DNA of 61,613 nucleotides, filler included, from Sphacelaria rigidula (GCA_964200075.2; 9 parts of 9 records of this genome joined end to end with filler, not necessarily neighbours in it); one strand, 5' to 3'; counted from the whole stretch's first letter, positions 1-13,517 are shown. Numbers and translations are program-made. The notes: a model not told the origin generated them from the letters alone.

Positions 1-1588
1 GGCTTTGTAGGGATGCGAGGCCAATGGTCTGATGACTATGGCATGCATGATCATGAGTACACCAAATGTGCGATCAACCCTCTGACTCAAAAATCCACGA
101 GTCAGCACAGCACTGCATAGTAGTCAGTCTCAAGCGCAGTATATTATTACTATAACGCACTGTGCCGTCCAGTATACAGCACGTTGCACTACAGTGCAGG
201 CAGATATGCTAATTGGGCTCCAAATATGAAGCATTTTCCCCCCCAAAAAAGTGTCCCGGACTTTCGTGATGGAAAAATCGAGCAGGCCAACCAGATAATA
301 AGGATCGGATGACATACACATGCACATAGGGACGACGTACGCATCGAAAAAAAGGAAAATAATTTCAAGGCAAACACGCACACACACACGCCCGCCTCGG
401 AACAAACACACTCTGCATCAGACCTCTCCTCCGAGGTTTCCGCTTCAGCCCCCTCTGTGTGCGGGTTGTTCGAGACACTCCATCGAGGGCCGACCTTGCC
501 AGCCCGGTCCTCCTCGGTGACGTGTGCGATTCGAGCACTGACTTTTCAACTTGTGCGCTTCAAACCCGAACGAACGGCCATCTCAGGGAACCTTCGGCGT
601 TCAGCAGAATAAACGGGAAACCGACAGTTGTTTTTCAGGTCTCGAGGGTACACTTTCAAAGCTCTACAAAAAGGCCAGTGCTGCCAGCTCCAGGTCAAAG
701 TTGTGGAGGTGTATGTAGCGTCTGAACAGGGAGGGCGTCCGTCGCCTAAACGCACGACTTACCCATCAAAAGGGTACAGTAGAGTGAAAAACCAGGTGTA
801 TCCAGGCGGTGAAAAAGAAAATATAAACAAGTTGTCCATGGTCGGAACGGTGTCGCAGAACAACCCGGACACTTTTTGGGGCCGGATCAGCATCTCTAAT
901 AGCACAATACAGTACAGAACCCACAGTATTTCACGGTACGGTACGATACACTGGCACGTACAGCACAAGGGTGCTCCCAGCCAAAGAACAATCAACGAGG
1001 CATGGCAACGATTTGCACCATGTCATCCACGGCGGTGGTGGAACACGCCATGAACTCTAACAGAACGGCAGTGCAGCGCTGCTGCTACGCGCTAGACTAC
1101 GAATCGTCCACGCGGTCTTCTTCCAGCTGAATGGACACGAGGCTGGCGACAGCGAGGAGCTGTACCCAAGGCAAGGTCGTATACACACTGAGCATTCCGA
1201 TTTTACGCAGCACAACCGATCGAAAGCCGCTGTAAGAGTTCGGTTGTCTGTGATGTCTAGTGTTGCAAGTTCGTGACTAGTCCATTATGATGAGGATGTG
1301 ATTGACGTTCCACTTTGCTTGTCATGGTTATGTCGATTCTGAGCTGGCTATGACAGTGGTGGTGGGTACGGCTCATGTTCCTCGTGGCTATCCTGAGCTC
1401 TGAAGCGGTACTTCATAGTTCAGGATTAAGGTCTCAAAACAGGGCTCTGATCCGGAAAATGATTAAGGTCTCAAAGCAGGGCTCTGATCCGGAAAATATA
1501 ATCTTGATATTTCCTTAAGGATCGGAAACGTGCCTTTACCGGCTTTTCCCCCTTGCACCCTGATCGTGAATGGCGAAAATATAGTTTT

Positions 1589-1793
1589 CAAGAGAAGGTT
1601 GAGTAGAGTATACTCAATTGCGGGGTATTTTGAAACTCGTACTTCAAGTACACGATTGGGGGGTAGGGTTTTAGGCATCGCTTTCCCCTTATTTTTTGGG
1701 TACGAATCCTAACACTCTACCCTAATTTGAGTACCTCAAGTACGTCTTTCAAAATACCCCACAATTGGGTATTCTCTACTCGACCTGCTCTTG
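1589..1793. mobile_element. hAT-type MITE (205 bp)
   Basis: ~60-bp imperfect TIRs (CAAGAGAAGGTTGAGTAGAGTATACTCAATTG... / ...CAATTGGGTATTCTCTACTCGACCTGCTCTTG). Perfect 8-bp TSD ATAGTTTT at 1581-1588 and 1794-1801. An 8-bp TSD with CA-starting TIRs is typical of hAT. Confidence 0.9.
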
Positions 1794-3117
1794 ATAGTTT
1801 TCGAAACTCTCAAATGCCTCGATTTTATTGTTACCATGCCATTGCGATTTTTTATACCAAATTTCGACATACAAATCTCACCTGAGCTGCTCAATTACGA
1901 TCTCGTGTGCTATGAGTTGGGGGCAAAAAATAAGGTTCATTTTTCACGAAAATTTCCTCAAATCATGAAGATATACATATCAATTTCCAAAGCACAGCTC
2001 TCAAAACCGAGACCCTGAATACAGACTTGGTGTATTTAGTGCCTCTCCTCGCAACATTTTGATTTTCGTATACTGCACTACCCTCAAAAGCTCATCTCTC
2101 GGTGGACAACAAATTTGGTGAAGGTGAGGGTATCGATCGCCTCCCCGCGCCGCAAGGAACGTTCCAAAACCAGCGCCATCCCAGCGTAATTTTTTCCCAA
2201 CGATGAGCAGGCCCGCTTTCTGTCGATAATTACTTTCTATTGCACATATTGTAGGGCTCCAGCTGAAGCAGTCATGCTCCACAGTATCAATCTTATTGAG
2301 CCCAGAAAAGACACAACCGTGAGAAGAGGGGTCGTCACGATCAGGACGGGAAGCTGACGCAGCAGGAATTGAGACTCGATGGAGGAATCAGCCAGCACAG
2401 GAGGAACGCCACGGCACAGATCGCAAACATTTGCTACTCGAAACGCGCTGTCAGAGCCGCGGACGCCACTCTGTGCACACGAATACTGTACTGCTGACTG
2501 TATTGGGCGTGGAACTAGACTCGCATCTCGTGTCACCTTGTTACAGTAGGTAGTAAAATGCTCCACAACAGCTCGGCGAAGTGAGAGTTACTGCACCACC
2601 GAGAAATTCACGTACAAACCGTGATTCACCTTACTCTAGCTTGATACTGGAGAAGAACACAACAGCGACCACCTACATGGGTATCATACCGATATCGTGC
2701 TACTAACGGAAGTCTGGTCTGGGATTTCGCCTCTCGCCAGGTGGCTTTGCAGCGATCCTTGTTAGGACCCACAGTTCGCGCGAGAGGATCTGCACGTGGA
2801 GCTGTCGCGCGAGTTGGACCGGCAACGTTAAGCCCAGTCAGTGCCCCGAGATACGTCACGCAGCCCATACGGTGCTGGTTAGCTGTATTTCGTCGAGCAT
2901 TCATCCATGAGCGGGCTAGGCATTATGACACAGCTGGTAGCATCGGTTGTTGCCTCGTTACCGGTTTGATATGGTACCCCCCCATGATTGTCACCCCTAC
3001 AACAGTCATTGGACAGTGATTGTGGCATAGAAGAAAAAGTGGCCATGCTGGTAGCCACCGTTCCAACGAGGTGGGTTTACCTCAGTTCGCCTAACGAAAT
3101 CCATCGTTGGCACATGT

Positions 3118-3360
3118 TTTGAAATAACGCTACCCTCAACCCTAACCGTAACCTTCACATTAACCTCAACTCCAACCAAGGGATACTGGGAACTCTCGGG
3201 CAAGGGGGTTGCAATGAATGCCCGAGGCAAAGTGTGCGTTGGCAGACCTCAAATCAACGCCAGGTGTCGATTTGAAAACATGCACTGCGCACGCTAGGAA
3301 CACTCGGGACTGTCAGCCTCACTAAAGATCCGAATATCCGTGTTCACACTCAAATCAAGT
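3118..3360 (+). mobile_element. Dispersed repeat family A carrying a degenerate (CCCTAA)n tract, copy 1
   Basis: Aligns by eye with 15750-16000 and 28173-28440 (shared ...GGCAAAGTGTGCGTT...AGACCTCAAATC...). Boundaries approximate. Confidence 0.7.
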
Positions 3361-5252
3361 ATGTTTCAATCATGGATTTGGTTCGCGGTAGACGAACTGG
3401 CGTAAACTCTACTGGTTTCAGCCCACACAGTGCCCTGAGCGCCTAGCGGCACCGAACCTGCGGCTTTCACAACCAGCTGTGGCATCTTTCAAGATATACA
3501 CGAAGTATCAGCATCACCAGACACGAGGTGCGTCTTGTCTCGACGGCTGACCTTCCGAAGTATTGTCTTCATAGCATTGAAGCGGAAAAACACTGGTGCG
3601 CTTGCCGGGTCATTTTTTTTCGGTACCCGTAGCGCTTGCGCCGAGCGCTGCAGACTTATTGTGCGCATGCTGTACGTAAGGGTCCTTCTCACAATACCCA
3701 CGATATCTCTGCTCTGAAATGTGGCCCGACCACAAACATTATCGACAAGGTCAGCTTCATATCCAGCCTCAGCGCCGTTGCCCCCAGTTCTTGAACACAG
3801 CGCAGCTGCGAGGCTCTATGACGCGATGAAGATGGCAAATCCTTGCGGCGACCAGCAGCCCCACCCGTGAAAAATGATCAAAATGCTGCGGTCTCTCAAC
3901 GGTGGGTCTGGATGAATTCGCCGTACCTATTATAAACGAACATAGTCACTGAAATGAAGATATCAGGACAAAGTACAGCGCGAAAACCGTGTTACTGATG
4001 CCTGTGACAACGGAAGCTGCCTCTCCAGTACATTCTTTTCGGAGGGTGTTATACAAAGTGACACTAAATGATGCGGAATATTGAGCTCGTTTGACGTCTG
4101 TACTACCTGTACTGTCTACCGCGACAGTGACAATGCATGACAGATTGCACCTTCTCACCTCTCGCTTCTCTGTAAAAATCTCCAGCGAGGACACCATCTT
4201 CTCTACTCTCGTGCTAAACGAGGCATCGCGCTAGACTACCGCATTGCCATTATAGCGTCACCTTGGTGGATACTGTAAGTTCAAGTGTAGGGAGAGGTGG
4301 TTCTCTCGCCAGAATTCACGGTTGTTGATAGGCCCAATCAAGAACCAGAACCAGAATAAGAACCAGAACCAGAACCATTGTTATCCCATATTCGCTCATG
4401 TGGTTCGATTCGTGAATGTTCCTTATCCAAACGGCTTGCTTGTGCCGTGTCTATTATCACCAAGAAAGTTGTGTCGTGGCTGCCCTGTCGCTTCAAATCT
4501 GCTAACTACTGACATTTATGATCGACGAGGATTTCTATAAGAGTGAGTGTCGTACGTAGAAGGAGAAGACGAGCTGATATACCTCTCTGGCGGTTCTCGA
4601 TGACTGATAGAAAGAAGAACGTCGTGGCTTGAACATATACCGACGGAACAGCGCCGGTCTAGCATCAACTATACCGCGCAGGAGCATCTGAGCACTGCCT
4701 GTGCCGTGTGTGAGATCGAGCCGCGTTACTCAAGGACGGCATTGGCTATAACAGAGAGGAGAGCGGCTGTGTCACACAGAAGGGTGAACACAGAACCTCG
4801 TCCTTCATTGGGCACGAGGCGCGCCGGTCAGGCGTCTGAGGTAGCCACAACACTATTTTCGTCGGAGCTTGAGAGTTTCCCTGCTGGGTTTCGGGTCAGG
4901 AGTCTTCAGCAGCATCACCCACGATTGCTCGTGACGAAAAGCACGCGCGACTCCACGGTACATCCCACAACAGCGGGCGTCCGTAAGAAAGGGTCTGCCA
5001 TCACCATTGAAGCGTCAAGCGGTGTTTGAGGAGCGGAAAGGGGCGGCTCCTCTACATATATTCCACACTCCCGGGGCGGGGTGAAGCGAGCTTCCATGGT
5101 GAGAGATGCAAGTGTACATGAAAGTATATAGTAGTATACCGAATTGAACTCACGTCTGCATCCCAAACGCGAAGTCATCATGTCTTTCCTCTCACATGTT
5201 GTGCAATGGGTAAGATGATAAAACAACAAAACAGGCAGTATTTTCAGCAGCC

Positions 5253-5267
5253 GAGAGAGAGAGAAAA

Positions 5268-5305
<38 letters not shown>
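5253..5305. repeat. (GA)n microsatellite
   Basis: Directly visible. Confidence 0.95.
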
Positions 5306-5846
5306 GTTGGCGGTATCTGTCTCCTTGGACGAGGTGTGCCCCGGCAGCGGTTTTGGAGCTGTTGGGCCAAGCACGGTGGTCGTCGTTTGCAGACATACGC
5401 ACTTTCGAAGCGAAGAGCAGAAACAATCCAGTAGCTACCTACTTGCCTGTATTGCCGCTACGAGGGTACGCCACCGCACCGTCTGAAGAGTATATAGCTG
5501 GCGGTTTGATTGGGTGTATCTGCGCATAGACTAATGCCGAGATAGCCCCCCCACAAAAAGTGCACCGTCGACTGTCCGACGAACCGGTGAATTCCACAAA
5601 AGTGCATCGTCGACTGTCCGACAAACCGGTGAATGGCGTGTTTCCATTCGACGTCGACCTCGTCCTTTGGGCCCCTTTCGTCGGTTTGATAAAATGTTGC
5701 GGTGCTCTGTATTGCTTGCTCGCCGGATCATCTTGGCCGACAGTAATCAATTTGGGCTGTTTTCGAACTGGGATCAGTCACGTTAGCGTTACGTACTGGA
5801 AATGTTTTCGGACAACATATACCCAGCACATGGCAGTAGTCGAAAC

Positions 5847-6758
5847 GAACAAGCACAGGCAAGGAAGCCAACTATATGGAAGAACGATGGGAAAAACTGT
5901 GATTATACCGCAGACGATGATGCTGCGGTAGCCCCATCCACAAACAAGTGCACCGGAGACGGGCCATGAATGGGAGATATGGCGTGTTTTCACCAAAGGT
6001 CGATACGGTCCTTTCGGGTCCCTTTACTAGTTCAGAATCCTTTTTGGGCTTGCAAATGCTTCTGCTAAGGGCCTGAACTAACGCCAGTAACCGTGCGTGT
6101 GGCTGGTTTTGAAACCGGCTCAGTCATACTGATGGTCGAACGAAGGATACATTCTCTCAACACCTGCAACAACAAAGGTCGAAGACGCTGATCTGATGAG
6201 GTAACAACGACCAATCTACCGTCCCTGCGCAGTCGCTGTCGGGTAGTAGTCGTGCTGTCGAAATCAGACTACCGATGACACTATTCCGCTCGCTCAGTAT
6301 TGCTTGGGGCCAAAAATCCCGAGAACTCTTTGTGGCCGGATTCGAAATCGGATTAGCGACGTTGGGGTTACGAATTTAGATGGCTTCAAACCACGCGTGC
6401 AGTAGCAGTGCATAGCCTATATAAAGAAATGAACAAGCACACAGGCAAGGAAGCCAACTGCATCCAGGAAGTATGACAGAAACTCAGATGATACAGCGTA
6501 CGGTGATGCTGTGCGGTAGCCCCATCCACAAACAAGTGCACCGAAGACTGGCCATGAATGGGGGACATGGCGTGCTTTCACCAAAGGTCGATACGGTCCT
6601 TTCGGACCCCATTGTTGGTTTAGGATCCTTTTTGGACTTGCGATCGCTTTTGCTAAGGGCCAGAACTCCCGCCAGTAACGGTGCGTGGCTGGTTTCGAAA
6701 CCGGCTCGGTCACATTGATTGTCGAACGAGGGATACATTATCTCAACACCTGCAACAA
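5847..6758. repeat. Diverged direct duplication of ~325 bp (5847-6172 and 6431-6758)
   Basis: Both copies run GAACAAGCAC...CCCCATCCACAAACAAGTGCACCG...TCTCAACACCTGCAACAA. The second copy ends at the contig end. Confidence 0.85.
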
Positions 6759-6858
6759 NNNNNNNNNNNNNNNNNNNNNNNNNNNNNNNNNNNNNNNNNN
6801 NNTTAATTAATTAANNNNNNNNNNNNNNNNNNNNNNNNNNNNNNNNNNNNNNNNNNNN
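6759..6858. other. Artificial contig spacer (44N-TTAATTAATTAA-44N)
   Basis: 100-nt spacer whose core has stops in all six frames. Identical spacers recur every ~6857 nt. Confidence 0.97.
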
Positions 6859-7085
6859 TTGCTGCGGTGATGCGTGCGTCGCCTGTGCGGGCATCACCAT
6901 TTAAAGTCCGCTAACCGTGGTCGTCCCCCCCCCCCCCCCCTCAATTATATATTTGGAACCGTAAGGTACGGTCAATATGCCTTACTGTATTTTCCTAGCG
7001 GTACTTTCTCCTCATAATGTTTTGCAAAATACGATGGGAAGATGCCAACTGGAGGAAACGGCCTAAGAACGTTTTAGTGTAGTAA

Positions 7086-7494
7086 GGCCGGATTTTATGG
7101 CGAACAGATTTTTGGCCCACGGATTGTTCATTTTTGGGACGTTTGCCCCTGCTCTTGACCCCCAAACAGGGAAATTCGCCAACGCACGTCTCAGACACTT
7201 TTTATCACCCCACAGAGAGGAGTCTAGTCTGCCTTTCAGATTCGCTTGGCTCCGAGGTTTCGAGATGGTCGGCAAGCACAGATTTTTTAGCACGAATTTT
7301 TATTCAGCGTCCGATCTCGAAACCTCGGAGCCAAGCGAATCTGAAAAGCAGACTAGACTCCTCTCTGGGGGGTGGTAAAAAGTGTCTGAGACGTGTGTTG
7401 GCAGATTTCCCTGTTTGGGGGTGAAAAGGAGGTGCAAACGTCCGAAAAGTGAACAACCCGTGGGCCAAAAATCTGTTTGCCATAACATCCGGCC
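7086..7494. mobile_element. Fold-back MITE, PIF/Harbinger (Tourist)-like, 409 bp
   Basis: Almost the whole element is one inverted repeat (~180-bp arms, GGCCGGATTTTATGGCGAACAGATTTTTGGCCCACGG... / ...CCGTGGGCCAAAAATCTGTTTGCCATAACATCCGGCC). Flanked by TAA/TGA (3-bp TSD, 1 mismatch). Confidence 0.85.
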
Positions 7495-8110
7495 TGAGGG
7501 CTATTTTTTCACGAGAATGCCCTCAACTCACAAAACACAAATAAAACACGGCTAAGTTTTGTTGTGGTTTCAGTGCGATGTTGTGATTTCAAGCACAACT
7601 CTAGGAGCTGACCTGAAAAACTGAGCCAAGCGCTAAAAACAATGCTGGCGTTTACACACAAACTCCGTAATTCATTAAAAGAATACAAATCCCAAGGTTC
7701 CGAACATTTTTATTTACTCCTGCCCTCATATACTCTGTACCAGTTTTCACAGCACAACTCTTAAAACTGAGGCACAAAATCCAGATCTAGTGCATTTAAT
7801 ATATCTGCCTGCAAGATATTGAATTTAGGGCAGAATACTATGTGCGCCGTATTGCGCGATCGACAACGGATCAATTGAAGGTGAGAGTATCGATCGTTCC
7901 CCCGTGCTCCAGAAATGCTCGCATCGAAATTCACCAAGGGCAGGTCGAGAAGTGTATACTCAATCCTCGTTTATTGGGAAAAATCATATATTTTGATCTC
8001 GAATTTTGAGTAGAGTATTCGAGGTTGTACTTAAAGCTAGCCGGTCGCCCCGGTGGCTCAGTTGGTAACCTCGAAACCTTCCGACGGTTGGGTCGCGGGC
8101 TCAAATCTCG

Positions 8111-9892
8111 CACACGCGGCCATTCGGCTACCTTGTAGAGGAATTTCCAGACCCGATCCTTTGTTCCGTCCGTCTTGAGGCCCCGCTAGAGGATCTTGGG
8201 TATTCGAAATCCTCGCGAGGATTTTCAATGTTGAGGCCCTCGAAGGCCTGTGTCAATATTAAAATCCCCTGGATGGTTTTTGAAGGCACAAGTGCCATGA
8301 GAATCTGGATTTTGGACAGCCTGTGTTGTTCGAAATAGATCCTAATTCCAAAATTGGAATCGGGCAAAAATGATTTATTTCGAATAGCAGAGGCTGTACA
8401 AATCCCATATGCACTAGCAGATGGAATTTGTATACCAGAAGCTGTTCGAAATAAATCCCCATTTTGCCCGCCAATACCTGAAATTGGGCAAAAACAAATT
8501 ATTTGCGAGCAGCTTCTGCTATCCAAGTCCCGTATACTGCACCATATCAGCAGGAGAGATTCCAGAGGCAGCAGAGGTTGTTGAAAATTCAAATTTATAT
8601 GAACCTCACACATGTATACAAACAGGTCCTGAAACCCCGTAGTCCCGAGTCTACCATATCAAAACATTGGCATTTTTTTTATTGAACACGCGAAACATTC
8701 TGATCGCGGTTTATTCTGGACTTTGATGACGATATGACGATCACAACAATAAGCACGGTTTGGTGCTGTACTGAACTGTACAATACCGAGCAGGACAGTA
8801 CCATATCGTGCTTATTTCCGTGCGGTGCAGGGCTAATGCACCCACATATACCGAAAGGTGTAGACTGGTGGCCAGAATAAATGGGACGAAAACACAACAC
8901 AACACACATAATACTGCAGAGTTAGTGCGGCATGTGCGCTACGTATGACTAAACAAAGTAGATGCCTGTGAGTGCATGGGGTTGTTATACACCGTCAGCT
9001 ACTGACTATACATCACCACGTCCTTCTTGCAGCATGCGCACAACTGCAGTCAGTAGGACGCGAGAGGGAAGTGGGCAAAGGACAGTACAGACAACGCAGG
9101 ACTATACACACACGAAGTATGTTTTCTGCTCACAGGGCGACATGAAACGGACTTTAACCGTGTGCGCGGCTTTGTCTGCCTGCATTGTCCATGAGTATGT
9201 ATGCAATGAGCCGCCGGTTAACGCCCACACCATACCCCGCGTGGTTCTGGCGCCGCGCGATCCCGCGACCATGGAAGAAGATCTCAAGTTTACACTTCCA
9301 CCAACAACAAATACATCATACCCAACTACGGCAGTGTGTATCTTTACCCCTGTGCCCAACTCGTGCTCTTAGCTGCAGGGTTGTGGTGGTAGCTGGGAAT
9401 GAGCGTTGTCGGGTTTGCATGGTTCAATCTGTGAACGGCGGATGATTCATAAATATCTGGCGTGATGGTCTATACCACAAGATTGCTGGGGTTCCAAATG
9501 TGCCCGGGAAGCAGTCAGGACACAAGTGCACAAGTATGAATTTACACGCTTGAGGATACTGCACAGCTATGTCCTCCGGAGTCGCAACAGATGCCCTAGA
9601 GGCCATAGTCGGTCCCTCCTCAAGAGGAATGATGCTCATATTTCCCAATAAGGAATGTTCACGGAAACCACGTGCTCCAGAGCACCATATTTTTGGTACT
9701 CTGCTGGAGGGATTCAGACCTCGGAAGCCACTGGGGCATCAGATGCACCTCCAGAGGATTCGTTCTATGAACGAAACTGAGTATGAAATGCCCTCCAGAG
9801 GGGGTTTTATCCTCCGGAGGGTCACTTTACCCTCGAGAGGGTGAAAATCGCGATAGAGGATTTTTATAGGGGTAGCCGAATGGCCGCGTGTG
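8111..9892. mobile_element. Non-autonomous TIR element with CAC termini (CACTA/EnSpm-like)
   Basis: Perfect 22-bp TIR CACACGCGGCCATTCGGCTACC / GGTAGCCGAATGGCCGCGTGTG. 2-bp TSD CG. Many subterminal AGAGG/CCTC motifs. Superfamily is inferred from termini and TSD only. Confidence 0.75.
8828..8908 (+). mobile_element. 5'-truncated SINE 3' end
   Basis: CCCACATATACCGAAAGGTGTAGACTGG...AATAAATGGGACG followed by (ACACA)n tail, matching the other SINE copies. Confidence 0.75.
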
Positions 9893-10577
9893 CGAGGCGA
9901 TCTGAGATTGTTTCCTCATACCATGCCCAACAGTGGACAGCGACTGTGTCGTGAGTACACAAAATTCGGCGTAACGGTCAATGAGAGAGGCTGCTGAACC
10001 CCTTTCGCGACAAACAATAAAGGCAAGCACCGTAGGAGGAAGGTGGAGGACCAAAAACAAACGAAAAAGAAAGAGCTCCTGTGTTGACCTTCCTCCTGTG
10101 TGACCCCCGCTGGTGCGCCCACATCTACCGAAAGGTGTACACGGGTGTCCAGAAAATATGGGATGACAACACAACGCAACACAAACTCAATGTACCTAAA
10201 ATTTGAGTGAGTATTTCAGGTCATGGTCAGGTGATACTCTATATTCAAGTATTACTAGGAGTACTTACCCTCAATTTGAGTAGAGTATTCGAGATTGTAC
10301 TCAATCTATCCAAAATTAGAGTGATGTATTTGAGGATATACTCAATCTACCCAAAAATTGAGAATATCATTCAAGGTTATACTCAATTTATCCTATAATT
10401 GAGTAGAGCATTGAGGTAGTAGTCAAGTGATACTCTACACTCAGGTATTGCTGAGAATTCTCACCCAAAGTTGAGTGACTTGTTTGAGGTCATACACAAT
10501 CTACCCAAACGTTAAGTAGAGTATTGAGGTCATACCCAAGTGATACCCTATGCCCAAGTATTGCTGAGAGTGCCGAC

Positions 10578-10996
10578 AACGACCGATCATCGAAGTTGAG
10601 GATGGAGCGAGCTGTTCATTGACGATGAGAACCCGGAGAATGAAAATCTTGGTATTCACACCAAATCTTGGTGGCTATTGACAGCTGCTACACACCCTAC
10701 TAATTTGGATTCCGATTACCGAAATTCTGGGGTCCTAGATGAAGGAACAATTTCGAGGAAATTGGGTGATCCGGTCGGATCGCCGAAATTCCCCGGAATT
10801 GGTTTTTCACATAGGACCCAAACATTTCGGTTCTCGAAATCCAAATTTGTATGACACGTAGTGCTTGTCAAGAGCTACAAGTAGCTGAAGGAATGGAGCC
10901 GTATTTCGAAGATTTGGTGTGGATACGAAAGTTGGATTTCTCCGGGTTCTCATCCTCAACGAAAAGCGCCATTCACAATTTCGATGATCGGTTGTT
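10578..10996. mobile_element. MITE with ~100-bp TIRs inserted in the hAT repeat array
   Basis: AACGACCGATCATCGAAGTTG...GAGAACCCGGAGAA...CACACCAAATCTT is mirrored by AAGATTTGGTGTGG...TTCTCCGGGTTCTC...TTCGATGATCGGTTGTT. The host array resumes after it. Confidence 0.8.
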
Positions 10997-11225
10997 TCAC
11001 CCAATATTTGATTAGATTATATGAGGTCATTCTCAATCTACCCAAAACTTGAGTAAAGTATTCGAGGCCATACTCTATCCACCCAAAACTTGAGTACAGT
11101 AATGAAGGCCGTACCCTATCTACCCAAAATTTGAGTAGAGTAAATACTCGGGTATTTTACTCGAGTATTCAAAAGCACAAACTCTTCTTGACCTGCCCCT
11201 GGAAATTCCATTGCCTGATGTATAT

Positions 11226-12591
11226 CAGTGTTGCACATCGAATATCGATAATCGATATGATATCGATAAATATCGGCGATATGCCATATTGGTATCGGAG
11301 CGTAGAAAACCGATGAATGTGATATCTATCATTATCGAATATCAATATCGAAAATCGATATTCTCGATTTTTTTTTCGTCACATTAGCTCAATTTCTCGA
11401 AACCGTCGTCACCGTAAACGTAGGGTTTACAAGTTGCCCTTGCGAGTATGCTGTAGAGCGGTTGCACGGTGTGCAAATGGATGCAATATCCACTCGTAGG
11501 ATAGGAGGCGCCAGAGTAACCGCTGGTGCCTCGTGTGTTTAGAGTCTAGTGATATGATTCAGCGGGGGTGTATTGTATACCAATGGCAACATACGGGTGG
11601 CGTGGCTGAGTAGACATGAGGTCACGATCAACGCAAAGCTGCAGATAACAGTATAAAACAGCCGTGCTTCGGGGTATGAGGAGATGGTACTGTCGCTTCG
11701 TCTTTCCTTCATGTTTGACGAGTGTTGGATTCATTTTCCCCTCCATCCATTACTCTTTACATTTCGATTGTTGCAAGCTTAGTGGTTTCTTCCTCTTGGT
11801 TGGTGACACACGAACACACACATAAATATATACATATATTCGCATCCAAAAATTACAACTTGACGCATGCTGCCGACGTTTCCTGTTATTGGTGGCGAAA
11901 AACGTTGAAAAAAAAAGCTCGCATTTGAGTTTGCGCATGTTCGTTTTGACACCTTTTCCTTCCCTAATGAATGGACAGAGTCGAGGTATGCGCTCATTCG
12001 ATCGAAACACACGGAAGAGTGGTGACTGTAGAAATTAAGTATAACCAATACCACACCCGGCCCGCTGTGATCAACTATAATACATCTTGCACGATGACGA
12101 AATATATTCGCAAGACAGCTGTATCACTGCATGCCACCGCCGCTATGATGTCAATTTGCCCACAACCCGCTGCTGTACATCATGTGTGTCCACTGCTGTC
12201 CACTGGAAACTACCGTAGGTTCCTTGAGATACCACACCCTCAGGAGCGAATTTCAAAGCTCGATCACTTTCTCTCGACGACATTGTTGCAACGCCGCCCA
12301 GGTCAGCCCTGGCATCGCTTCTGGTAAGGAGGAAGTGGGCTTGGAAAAGCTGTCTAAAGGATGTGGTATCTTGAGCGACCTACAATTGTGAGTGAGGATG
12401 TCAGTGCCAGTGTATCGCTCGGTCTTGCACACTGCGGCCACACCAAAACAGCCATATCGTATCGAATATCGATTTTCGATACGTATCGTGTCATTTTCGG
12501 AATATCGACAAAAATATCGATATCGGCGGTTGTGGTTCGATATTCCAAAAATATCTATCGACCTTTATTCTCGGTCCGATATGCAACACTG
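11226..12591. mobile_element. Non-autonomous hAT-type element (1366 bp), second family
   Basis: TIR CAGTGTTGCACATCG / CGATATGCAACACTG. 8-bp TSD ATGTATAT / ATATATAT. Dense ATCGAT subterminal repeats at both ends. Confidence 0.85.
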
Positions 12592-13517
12592 ATATATATT
12601 TTGTTCGGCGTTTCGTGTAGAGTTTTGTACGGAGATAAGTCCTTACATTCTATAATAGGAACTCCTCGACATGGGGTTGAATGAATGAGAAATAATTGGC
12701 CGAGGGTTTCATGGGGTTGAATGAACGAGAAATAATCGGCCGAGGGTTTTGAGCAGGTGGTCATTTTACCCTTGATTGAGGGATCATCAATAAGATGTGC
12801 CCATCATGGCTCACCTCGTCTGTGTCGTTGAGATGCATAAGGCTGTGAGAGCTTGAATCCGTTTTTAGGCTGGCCCAGCTCGTGGTGTATCCGGCGGGTC
12901 AAAATAAAACATACTGTACACTATATGTATTGCATGAATCTGTAACATATCCAAGACAAGGGTGGCACACACAGCACGACACAGAGGAGAGGCAGCACCC
13001 AGATAGAAAAAAGGAAGTTCGTTGCTAGGCACCTGCCGCGCGTCAAATATATTCGTGCATAGCAAGCCGCGGCCAGCGTCAATGCCACCTCAGGACAGCA
13101 CATTCTACACAGTACGATACGGCATAGTACAAGTACAGTAGTAATGCCGATAACAGTTGTATTTCCGCCTGTGCGGTCAACATACACGGCTGTTTGCCGA
13201 ACAGCAGAGCGGCCTAATGTCACGTGTTTGCCGCATTTGTTTAGTAAGGGTGCACATGCCCCAGTATGAGGCGCGTGAGAGCCCTTTCGCCCCGTCCTGA
13301 AAGGGAATAATATCATCATGTGGAACCTAAGAGTTGAAAATGCCATCAAGTGTACCGGCTGGTATTGTAACATATATATGTCATTTTTGCGTTTCTTTGA
13401 ACGTTCATCAACTCTATGTTGCCTATAGCTTACCGTGTGCCCTGCTGTCTGTTTCCGTCGTGTGACACCATCTACATTACTACTTTCATGGGTGTTCGCG
13501 CATTGATACTTTCGAAA

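Larger units (their letters stand above)
8040..10184 (+). mobile_element. tRNA-derived SINE, split by the 8111-9892 insertion (parts 8040-8110 and 9893-10184)
   Basis: A box TGGCTCAGTTGG (8054-8065) and degenerate B box. The two parts together align with the unsplit copy at 30662-31025. (CAACA)n tail. Confidence 0.8.
7935..11201. mobile_element. Non-autonomous hAT-type element, expanded by nested insertions
   Basis: TIRs CAAGGGCAGGTCGAGAAGTG / CTCTTCTTGACCTGCCCCTG. Degenerate TSD GAAATTCAC / GAAATTCC. ~39-bp GAGTAGAGTATTCGAG..TACTCAATCTACCCAAAATT arrays at 10190-10570 and 11005-11170. Same family as 1589 and 58909. Confidence 0.75.

Noticed and set aside
6803..6814. Regularly spaced TTAATTAATTAA motif as a biological periodic signal
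   Set aside because: Always centred in 44N+44N; it is an assembly linker with six-frame stops.
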